Below are positions 32,687 through 40,000 of a DNA stretch of 40,000 bases, piece after piece. The notes under the pieces are model-generated. The model worked only from the letters and a program-made list of their open reading frames with translations, had not been told where the DNA came from and ran no database searches. Origin of the DNA: Hydrogenobacter sp. RSW1. Lineage in GTDB: Bacteria > Aquificota > Aquificia > Aquificales > Aquificaceae. The stretch spans positions 12,479-52,478 of the forward strand of contig JBBPCA010000011.1 of NCBI GenBank assembly GCA_038009385.1. Direction: 5' to 3'. The position numbers were made by a program, and so were the translations under genes. Each line of letters begins with the position of its first letter. Position 1 is the first letter of the stretch.

Positions 32687-32716
32687 TAATTTTGTTTATG
32701 TATAATAGGAACTATC

Positions 32717-33631
32717 ATGAGGCTTAGAATAGGAACAAGAAAGAGTAAGCTTGCTCTGTGGCAGGCTAACTTTATCAAAGAGAAACTTGAAAAAAGAGGG
32801 CATAAGGTAGAGTTGGTGCTTATAACCACATCGGGAGACAAAATCCAAGATGTACCCCTTGCTAAGATAGGGGGTAAGGGGCTTTTCGTAAAGGAAATAG
32901 AGGAAGCACTTATGCGGAAAGAAATAGACCTAGCGGTTCACTCCCTAAAGGATGTTCCCATGACATTACCCGAAGGGCTCACTATAGGTGCCATAACAGA
33001 AAGGGAAAATCCTTTTGATGTGCTTATATCCTTAAAAGGTGTTCATTTTGAAGATTTGCCGCAAGGTGCAAAAGTAGGTACATCTTCTCTAAGAAGGCAG
33101 GTTCAGATAAAGAGAAGGAGGAGAGACCTAAAGGTAGAAACCTTAAGGGGTAATGTGGACACAAGGCTCAGAAAGCTTCAGGAAGGGTTTTACGACGCTA
33201 TTATATTAGCTTATGCAGGCGTAAAGAGGATGGGCATGGAGGATAAAATAACACAGGTACTTGAGGACTTTATCCCAGCAGTAGGACAAGGTTCCTTAGC
33301 TATAGAAATAAGGGAAGATGATCGGGATGTTTGGCAGGTCGTGAGGAACCTTGATCACACAGAAAGTAGAACAAGGGCAGAGTGTGAGAGAGCTTTCCTT
33401 AGGGAGCTTCAGGGTGGTTGCCAAGTACCCATAGGTGCATACTCTTGGATAGAAGGTGATAATATACTCATCAAAGGCTTTGTCTCTGACCTTGAAGGGA
33501 TTAAATTTATAGAAGGTATGAAAAGTGCAGGCATGAAATGTGCAGAACAAATAGGTGCACAGCTGGCAAGGGAATTGCTCAGTAAGGGTGCTGAGGAAAT
33601 ACTCAGGGGGATTTATGGATGGAACACATAG
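32717..33631 (+). CDS. hemC: Hydroxymethylbilane synthase (porphobilinogen deaminase)
   Basis: [38 protein letters not shown]-like, [41 protein letters not shown]. Confidence 0.97.
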   Translation: MRLRIGTRKSKLALWQANFIKEKLEKRGHKVELVLITTSGDKIQDVPLAKIGGKGLFVKEIEEALMRKEIDLAVHSLKDVPMTLPEGLTIGAITERENPFDVLISLKGVHFEDLPQGAKVGTSSLRRQVQIKRRRRDLKVETLRGNVDTRLRKLQEGFYDAIILAYAGVKRMGMEDKITQVLEDFIPAVGQGSLAIEIREDDRDVWQVVRNLDHTESRTRAECERAFLRELQGGCQVPIGAYSWIEGDNILIKGFVSDLEGIKFIEGMKSAGMKCAEQIGAQLARELLSKGAEEILRGIYGWNT

Positions 33632-35274
33632 GTATAGTCCTTGGAACCAAACCCATATCCCCCCTTGAGTTTTGGATAGGTGTAGGTGAGGGACACATCC
33701 TTGAGCTTGATCATGTGGTGTATGTGGAATCAAAAGCAGGAAACCAAAAGGTGATCTTCTACGGCATTGTTCAGGAAGTGCATAAGTTCCTTGAAGGTGC
33801 AGAATCTGTGTATGATGCTCGCCTTGCCACTGATGGCATTATACCTGTGGAAGTAGCTTATACCGCAAAGGTAAGCGTGACCAGAATAGAACCCGAGTTA
33901 TTTATGCCACCCGCACCAGGAGATAAGGTATACAGAGCGGTAGGAACTCATTTTGAGAAGGCACTTTACTACGATCAGATGAAGACAAAGATACCCGCAG
34001 GTCTTACTCGTAGCGGAGAACCCGTCTATATAAACTATCACTTCATCAACGGTAAAGAGGGAGCCCATGTTAGCATCTCTGGTATGTCAGGAATAGCCAC
34101 TAAAACTTCTTATGCCATGTTTTTACTTTATTCCATCCTTAATAAAGCGGATGATATGAGGGATATTCACGGTATGGTTTTTAATGTAAAAGGCAAAGAC
34201 CTTCTGTGGATAGACAAGAAGAATAAGCACCTTTCAAAAGAGGATAAAGAAGCTTGGCTAAAGCTGGGATTAAAACCAGAGCCTTTCAAAAATGTGATTT
34301 TCTATGTTCCACCAGAAGAAAAAAACGCTAGTGTGCCTGACTGTGAAAGGCTTGACGAAAAGGTAGTGCCTTTTTACTGGAGTATGAGGGAATTTGCAGA
34401 AGACGGACTTTTAAAATTTATGTTCGTTGAGGGCCAAGAGGGTATGTCCAACATAAACTACACCATAGACAAGGTCGCTAACAAGTTATACACACTTGCC
34501 AAAAATAGTCCAGTAGGCAGGTTAACAGACGATTACGGCAGAGATATAGAAGATTTAGACGCTCTTGAAAAGCTTCTTGAAGAAGCTATTCAGGATAAAG
34601 AGCAGAACAAAAACTCAGAGGTCTACAAAAGCTGGTTTGGAGATGCACAGCTTCAGACAACATACGCTTTTATGAGAAGGTTTCACAGGGCTAAGACCTA
34701 CATAAAGAGGTTTGTCAGAAGTCAAGAAGGTTCACCTATAAAGTGGCAGGATCATAAGCTGTCCGTCATAGATATAAGCGGACTCCACAGCATAGCCAAA
34801 ATGTTTGTGGTGGGTGCCATCCTTAGAAAAGTCTTTAGGGAGAAGGAGGAAACCTCAAGGTCCTATCCTAAAATCTTCGTAGTACTTGATGAGTTAAACA
34901 AATACGCACCCAAAGATGGCTGGAGTCCTATAAAGGACATTATCCTTGATATAGCTGAAAGAGGGAGAAGCTTGGGCGTTATTCTAATAGGTGCTCAGCA
35001 GACAGCAAGCGAGATAGAAAAGAGAGTAATAGCCAACTCTGCAGTAAAGGTAGTGGGTAGGCTGGACAGCAGCGAAGCGATGAGCAAAGAGTACGAGTTT
35101 CTTTTGGGTAATTTCAGACAAAGGGCTATAATGTTAAAAAAAGGTACCATGATCATGTACCAACCAGACATACCTACTCCCTTAGTGTTTAGATTTCCAA
35201 GACCTTCTTGGGCAACCAGAAAGGAAGAGGTAGAGGAGGAGGTACATGTACCAGAAGATTTTGGTAATTTTTAG
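33619..35274 (+). CDS. HerA/DUF87-like ATPase with degenerate Walker A
   Basis: 551 aa; [21 protein letters not shown]; Walker [13 protein letters not shown]; [35 protein letters not shown]. Confidence 0.8.
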   Translation: MEHIGIVLGTKPISPLEFWIGVGEGHILELDHVVYVESKAGNQKVIFYGIVQEVHKFLEGAESVYDARLATDGIIPVEVAYTAKVSVTRIEPELFMPPAPGDKVYRAVGTHFEKALYYDQMKTKIPAGLTRSGEPVYINYHFINGKEGAHVSISGMSGIATKTSYAMFLLYSILNKADDMRDIHGMVFNVKGKDLLWIDKKNKHLSKEDKEAWLKLGLKPEPFKNVIFYVPPEEKNASVPDCERLDEKVVPFYWSMREFAEDGLLKFMFVEGQEGMSNINYTIDKVANKLYTLAKNSPVGRLTDDYGRDIEDLDALEKLLEEAIQDKEQNKNSEVYKSWFGDAQLQTTYAFMRRFHRAKTYIKRFVRSQEGSPIKWQDHKLSVIDISGLHSIAKMFVVGAILRKVFREKEETSRSYPKIFVVLDELNKYAPKDGWSPIKDIILDIAERGRSLGVILIGAQQTASEIEKRVIANSAVKVVGRLDSSEAMSKEYEFLLGNFRQRAIMLKKGTMIMYQPDIPTPLVFRFPRPSWATRKEEVEEEVHVPEDFGNF

Positions 35275-36430
35275 CCTGCTTTTCTGCATTTCCTTTGGGG
35301 AGGTGGTAAGTGTAAGATACGGAAATTATCCGGAAAAAGAAAGGATAGTCTTAGATTTTAACAGCAGAGTTGACTACAGAGTTGTGTTACTTGAGAACCC
35401 AAAGAGGATAGTTGTAGACATACTCTCTCAGGGAGACTTTACTTTAAGAGCACCCAAAGGTATAAACTACCGTCTGGGTAAACATCCGTGGGGCACAAGG
35501 ATAGTTTTTGAAAGGGATTTTTCAAGCGTAAAAGCCTTTTCAGTAGAAGGTCCTTTCAGAATAGTCATAGACTTGTTTAAAAAGACTGAAAAACAAGAAG
35601 AGGATAATGATGACGCTTTGTTAGCCATTCTTGATCCTACAGTACTTAAAGTTATACAGTACGACAGCAGAGCCAAAGAGCGAGTCATAAGCGAGCGTAA
35701 AAAGAACACGATAATAACCCAAAAGAGGATCATAGTGATAGATGCGGGGCACGGTGGACAAGACCCGGGAGCCATAGGATACATGGGCATAAAGGAAAAA
35801 GACATAAACTTGGCTATAGCTAAAAGGTTGTCAGAGTATCTCTCACAAGATGGAAGATTCAAGGTAATCATGACAAGAAAAGGTGATACCTTTTTACCCC
35901 TTCAGGAAAGAGCAAACACAGCTCTAAGAAACAGAGCAGACCTTTTTATAAGCATACACGCCAACGCATCTCCACAAGGTGTGTCTAATCATGCAAGAGG
36001 TACTTATGTTTTCGCTATATCTTCTGACGCAGCAAGAAGGAAAAAACACCAGATAATCAACAATGACAGCTATGCCAAGTTAGTGCTCGGTACTGCGGAT
36101 GTCCCCACCAGTGCCAAAAAGGTGCTTGCAGACCTTGCCATGGATGTGACATTATACGAGAGTGTATCCTTTGGTGAAAAAATAGCCAAGAGCATTGCAA
36201 AAGAGTTAGGAAGAGAGGTGCAGTTTAGAGGAATACAGAGGGCAGGCTTTGCTGTGCTTAAAACTCCGGGCATCCCTTCTGTACTTATAGAAACGGGTTT
36301 TATAACTAATCCTGATGAAGCAGTTCTTATGACTGATAAAGAATTTCAGGATAAGTTTGCTCATGCCATCTACAAGGCTATAGTAAACTACTTTTTCCCT
36401 ACAGAGGAAAAACTCACTTTAAGCCAATAA
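35246..36430 (+). CDS. amiC: N-acetylmuramoyl-L-alanine amidase (AMIN + Amidase_3)
   Basis: VIDAGHGGQDPGAIGYMGIKEKDINLAIAKRL, MTRKGDTFLPLQERANTAL, FISIHANA, VLIETGFITNPDEA. Confidence 0.95.
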   Translation: MYQKILVIFSLLFCISFGEVVSVRYGNYPEKERIVLDFNSRVDYRVVLLENPKRIVVDILSQGDFTLRAPKGINYRLGKHPWGTRIVFERDFSSVKAFSVEGPFRIVIDLFKKTEKQEEDNDDALLAILDPTVLKVIQYDSRAKERVISERKKNTIITQKRIIVIDAGHGGQDPGAIGYMGIKEKDINLAIAKRLSEYLSQDGRFKVIMTRKGDTFLPLQERANTALRNRADLFISIHANASPQGVSNHARGTYVFAISSDAARRKKHQIINNDSYAKLVLGTADVPTSAKKVLADLAMDVTLYESVSFGEKIAKSIAKELGREVQFRGIQRAGFAVLKTPGIPSVLIETGFITNPDEAVLMTDKEFQDKFAHAIYKAIVNYFFPTEEKLTLSQ

Positions 36431-37070
36431 GTTTGTGAAGTTGGGGTATAACCCTGAGGGTGTATCCCTCTTTAAGTAAGTCTTTTTGGATTTTCAGGGC
36501 TTTTTGTAAAAATTTCTCTTTGTTGCCTTCTGGCTGTAGCACCACCAAACCCTTTTCAAGAAAAGGTAAGAACTCGCCTCTTTTCAGAATGTGAGAAGAG
36601 AAGTTATCATCAACGACAAATTTTAACTCTTTTGCGTTTTTGAGTACAAAAGGATGCACATACCAGTTTGCAGTCCATTTGGGAGAGCATGTTATGTGTA
36701 TGCGGTCTTCTACTACTTGTAGGTTTTCGTTCCACAGTGTGCCGTTTGTTTCTATCTGCACAAAATAACCCTCTTGAATGAGCTCACAAACTAAAAGGTG
36801 AAGGTTTGGTTGTGCAAGAGGTTCTCCGCCTGTAAGCACAAGGTGTTTGTAAGGATAGCTTCTTATCTCTTCTAAAATAGCGTAAATGTCTGTATTTGGT
36901 CTTTTAAATACTAAAGCGGAAGGCTGATCGCACCACGGACACCTTATGTTGCACCCTTGAAACCGCACCATAATACACGGACTTCCCACAAGCAACCCTT
37001 CTCCCTGAATGGTGGGATATATCTCGTTTATGCTTAGAGCTGTGCTTGTTCTAACTTTATCTCGTAGCAT
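36414..37070 (-). CDS. queE: 7-carboxy-7-deazaguanine synthase (radical SAM)
   Basis: [53 protein letters not shown]. Confidence 0.93.
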   Translation of the reverse strand: MLRDKVRTSTALSINEIYPTIQGEGLLVGSPCIMVRFQGCNIRCPWCDQPSALVFKRPNTDIYAILEEIRSYPYKHLVLTGGEPLAQPNLHLLVCELIQEGYFVQIETNGTLWNENLQVVEDRIHITCSPKWTANWYVHPFVLKNAKELKFVVDDNFSSHILKRGEFLPFLEKGLVVLQPEGNKEKFLQKALKIQKDLLKEGYTLRVIPQLHKLIGLK

Positions 37071-39238
37071 TCTATCACATCACCTACCTTTACATCGTTG
37101 TAATCTTTTAGCTTTATACCACATTCATAGCCTTTTGCTACTTCTTGCACATCTTCTTTGAATCTTTTTAGCCCTTCTATCTTGCCGTCATATATGACTA
37201 CACCGCTCCTTATAAGCCTTGCTTTTGCGTTTCTGACCATTCTGCCTTCAAGCACATAACAACCCGCAACATTTCCCACTGACTTTATCTTGAAAACCGC
37301 TCTGACCTCTGCAGACCCTAGGACTACCTCTTTCTCTACTGGCTTTAGCATACCCTTGAGAGCCTTTTTAACATCGTCTATAAGCTCGTAAATGATGCTG
37401 TAAAGTCTCACATCAACCTTTTCCCTTTCTGCAGCCTCCTTGGCTTTTACATCGGGTCTGGTGTTAAAACCTATCACTATAGCGGAACTAGCTTTTGCAA
37501 GCATAATGTCATTTTCCGTTATACCTCCCACATCACCGTGTATGATCCTTATGGCTACCTCTTGACTGTGTATGTCTGAAAGGGATTTCTTTATGGCCTC
37601 TAAGGAACCAACAGTATCCGTCTTTACTATAAGCTTGAGTTCTTTTAGCTCTCCCTCCTGAATCTTTTTAAAGACCTCTTCAAGAGCCAAACCTCTTGAT
37701 ACTTTTTCCAACTGCTCTTTTTGCAATCTTCTTGCTTCGGCTATTTGCCTTGCAGTCCTTTCATCGGGTACTACCTTGAAGGTATCTCCTGCCATAGGCA
37801 GGTCCTCAAAACCTAAGACCTCTACAGGTGTAGATGGTCCTGCGGACTTGAGTCTTCTCCCTTTATCATCTGTCATGGCTCTGACCCTTCCGTAGGTAGT
37901 GCCTGCAACAAAGATGTCTCCCACATGAAGAGTGCCTTCTTGAACTAAAACTGTTGCGACTACTCCCTTCTGTTTGTCCAGTTTGGATTCTATGATGGTA
38001 CCTTTGGCTCTCTTGGTGGGATCAGCCTTGAGTTCAAGTAAGTCTGCTAACAGAAGTATGTATTCAAGAAGCTGGTCTATGTTCTGACCAGTTTTGGCAG
38101 ATACATCTACGAATACGGTATCTCCTCCCCACTCTTCGGGTATTAGCCCTAACTCTGAAAGTTCCCGCCTTACTCTCTGAGGATCTGCACCCTGTTTGTC
38201 TATTTTGTTAACCGCTACTATTATAGGCACATTAAAAGCTTTTGCATGATTTATGGCTTCTACCGTTTGTGGCATCACACCATCATCTGCTGCAACTACG
38301 AGCACAGCTATATCCGTGACCTGCGCGCCCCTTGCCCTCAGAGAAGTAAACGCTTCGTGCCCCGGTGTGTCCAGAAAAGTTATTTTCCTTCCGCCCGGAA
38401 GCTCCACAACAGACGCACCAATGTGTTGAGTTATCCCTCCTTTTTCTTTTTCCGCCACATTAGTTTTACGGACTGTATCAAGAAGCGTGGTTTTTCCATG
38501 ATCCACATGCCCCATCACCACCACCACAGGAGGTCTTGGTTGAAGGTTCTCCGATGACTCGATTTCTTCCTCTTGATCTATTTTTTCTTCAACGCTTTTT
38601 ATTTCTGCAAGAAATCCCATACCTTCTGCTATGGACACAGCTACCTCTGCAGGTATGGTCTGGTTTATGGTTGCAAGTATGCCCTTTTTGAGAAGCTCTG
38701 CCATGACTTGACTGGGTGGTACCTTCAGTATGTCCGCAAGCTCCCTTACAGTGATTATCTGAGGTATTTCAACTATCTTTATCTCCTCTTCCTTCTTTTC
38801 CTCTTTTTTCTTCTTCTCTATCTGTTGTTCAAGCTTTTTGAGAACTTGCTGCTCTTCCTTGCTTATCTTTTTTTCAACCACTACTTCCTTTTTTGGTTTC
38901 TCTTCGGTTTTTTGTTCCTTAACCTCCGGTGGTGGAGGGGGTGGTGCTTTCTTTTCACGGAAAACTCCTTTGGGCTTTTCCAATTTAGCTGGTTCTTTCT
39001 TAGGTTGTTTTTGCTCCCTCCTTTCCTGCTTTTTGTCTTCTTTTTTGGCTTCTTGCACTTTTTCCTGTTTTTCTTCCTCTTTTTCTGTGCCAAAGTTATC
39101 GTATATAATCTGTAGTTCCTCTTCCTCAAGATGAGAAAAGTTGGATTTTTCTATACCGTATGCTTTTAGAAGCTCCCTTACATCTTTTACGCTTTTGCCT
39201 AATTCTTTTGCTACATCTTGCAATCTTACTTTGCCCAT
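37034..39238 (-). CDS. infB: Translation initiation factor IF-2
   Basis: [42 protein letters not shown]; K/E/P-rich N-terminal linker; start [13 protein letters not shown]. Confidence 0.97.
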   Translation of the reverse strand: MGKVRLQDVAKELGKSVKDVRELLKAYGIEKSNFSHLEEEELQIIYDNFGTEKEEEKQEKVQEAKKEDKKQERREQKQPKKEPAKLEKPKGVFREKKAPPPPPPEVKEQKTEEKPKKEVVVEKKISKEEQQVLKKLEQQIEKKKKEEKKEEEIKIVEIPQIITVRELADILKVPPSQVMAELLKKGILATINQTIPAEVAVSIAEGMGFLAEIKSVEEKIDQEEEIESSENLQPRPPVVVVMGHVDHGKTTLLDTVRKTNVAEKEKGGITQHIGASVVELPGGRKITFLDTPGHEAFTSLRARGAQVTDIAVLVVAADDGVMPQTVEAINHAKAFNVPIIVAVNKIDKQGADPQRVRRELSELGLIPEEWGGDTVFVDVSAKTGQNIDQLLEYILLLADLLELKADPTKRAKGTIIESKLDKQKGVVATVLVQEGTLHVGDIFVAGTTYGRVRAMTDDKGRRLKSAGPSTPVEVLGFEDLPMAGDTFKVVPDERTARQIAEARRLQKEQLEKVSRGLALEEVFKKIQEGELKELKLIVKTDTVGSLEAIKKSLSDIHSQEVAIRIIHGDVGGITENDIMLAKASSAIVIGFNTRPDVKAKEAAEREKVDVRLYSIIYELIDDVKKALKGMLKPVEKEVVLGSAEVRAVFKIKSVGNVAGCYVLEGRMVRNAKARLIRSGVVIYDGKIEGLKRFKEDVQEVAKGYECGIKLKDYNDVKVGDVIECYEIKLEQAQL

Positions 39239-39246
39239 AGGATTAA

Positions 39247-39855
39247 TTATAAGCCTTGACTGAGCACTTGTAAAACATCTACCTTTGAAAGACCTAAGTC
39301 TTGAGCGCACACAATGCGCCTTCTTATTTCATCTTCCGGCACGCTGGTTATCTTACTTGCTGTGGTGTAATCAAAGTCCAAGAATATGCTACCGTGTATA
39401 AGGAACGCCTTTTTAAGTGTCCTCATGGCACATGCGACGAACTTTCTTCCGTTTACTGTAAGCTCTCCAAAGCTGGGGAAGAAAAAGCAGTAATAACTAT
39501 CACCTTGTAAACTTTTATTTTCACACATCTCCAAAGATACACCAACAGAACGAAAGGCATCTGTTAGCTTTTGGCTAATTTTTCTGTATATTTGAGTAGG
39601 ACTTTCCCCCCAAGCCTTTTTGTAATCAACAAGAGAAAAAGATATGTCCCATCCGTGCAGTAATGCACCACCACCTGTAGGTCTTCTCACCACTGGGATG
39701 CTAAACTCTCTGGGTTTTTGTGAATAACCTATGCTTACTGTAAGTTGGCTCCACATGTATATCCTTCTGACAGGCTTGCCTATGCCTTCTTCAAGTGCCA
39801 AAAGATTATCTCTGTCTATGTTCATGTTTTCAAAGCCTGTTCTTACTTCTATCAT
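39247..39855 (-). CDS. Lipoate-protein ligase A family protein
   Basis: [47 protein letters not shown]. Confidence 0.85.
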   Translation of the reverse strand: MIEVRTGFENMNIDRDNLLALEEGIGKPVRRIYMWSQLTVSIGYSQKPREFSIPVVRRPTGGGALLHGWDISFSLVDYKKAWGESPTQIYRKISQKLTDAFRSVGVSLEMCENKSLQGDSYYCFFFPSFGELTVNGRKFVACAMRTLKKAFLIHGSIFLDFDYTTASKITSVPEDEIRRRIVCAQDLGLSKVDVLQVLSQGL

Positions 39856-40000
39856 TCAAGGACTCTTTGAAGTCTTTCTGCTTTAAGGTCTTTAAGCAGT
39901 TGATAGTCTTTCTTTATGTCTCTTCCTGCGCGCGTTAGGTATCCACCCACCATCATGGCATTGGTCATAAGGACTGCCATCCCGTGAAAGTCTCTGAGAG
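39852..40000 (-). CDS. bioB: Biotin synthase, C-terminal end (gene continues beyond window)
   Basis: Reverse strand [48 protein letters not shown]; ATGA overlap with lipoate ligase gene. Confidence 0.75.
   Translation of the reverse strand, partial: LRDFHGMAVLMTNAMMVGGYLTRAGRDIKKDYQLLKDLKAERLQRVLE

Noticed and set aside
33296-33733. 145-aa minus strand ORF
   Set aside because: Antisense to hemC and the HerA-like gene, both convincingly coding.
35467-35871. 134-aa minus strand ORF
   Set aside because: Antisense to the amidase gene; no recognizable domain.
38573-39115. 180-aa + strand ORF (and 38838-39134, 38246-38557)
   Set aside because: Antisense to infB; long only because of the low-complexity K/E/P-rich linker; Phe/Leu-rich translation is not protein-like.

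Overview
This 40 kb window looks chromosomal and comes from a thermophilic Aquificales-type bacterium (Hydrogenobacter/Thermocrinis-like; inferred from protein flavour such as a short Aquifex-like KdtA/WaaA, archaeal-type inositol-phosphate synthase and split GcvP, with no database search). It is densely packed with housekeeping genes: LPS (kdtA/waaA, kdsA), purine (purF, purB, purL), ThyX, lspA, tRNA-Val, t6A (tsaC, tsaD) with thrC, ctpA, cimA, gcvPA/gcvH, inositol-phosphate synthase, recR, fur, hemC, HerA-like ATPase, amidase, queE, infB, lipoate ligase and the bioB 3' end. The accessory content falls in two places. (1) An internally deleted IS at about 1654-2492 has near-perfect 18-bp terminal inverted repeats and a hairpin over the transposase Shine-Dalgarno. 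(2) A defense island at about 22.8-27.6 kb between cimA and gcvPA contains two back-to-back restriction-modification-like cassettes. The first is a D12-class adenine methylase with an ExK-containing 344-aa protein. The second is a TSPPY-type methyltransferase with a frameshifted putative nuclease. Both are bracketed by short direct repeats and by two 56-bp copies of the same transposase 3' end. Other notable signals are a 7-1-7 palindrome inside a candidate fur promoter facing hemC, a recurring TATAAT-N6-10-ATG arrangement that suggests leaderless mRNAs, a KaiC-like ATPase/PP2C gene pair, a frameshifted outer-membrane gene, a HerA-like ATPase with a degenerate P-loop, and a 21-codon smORF with a strong SD just upstream of thrC. 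I saw no CRISPR array.
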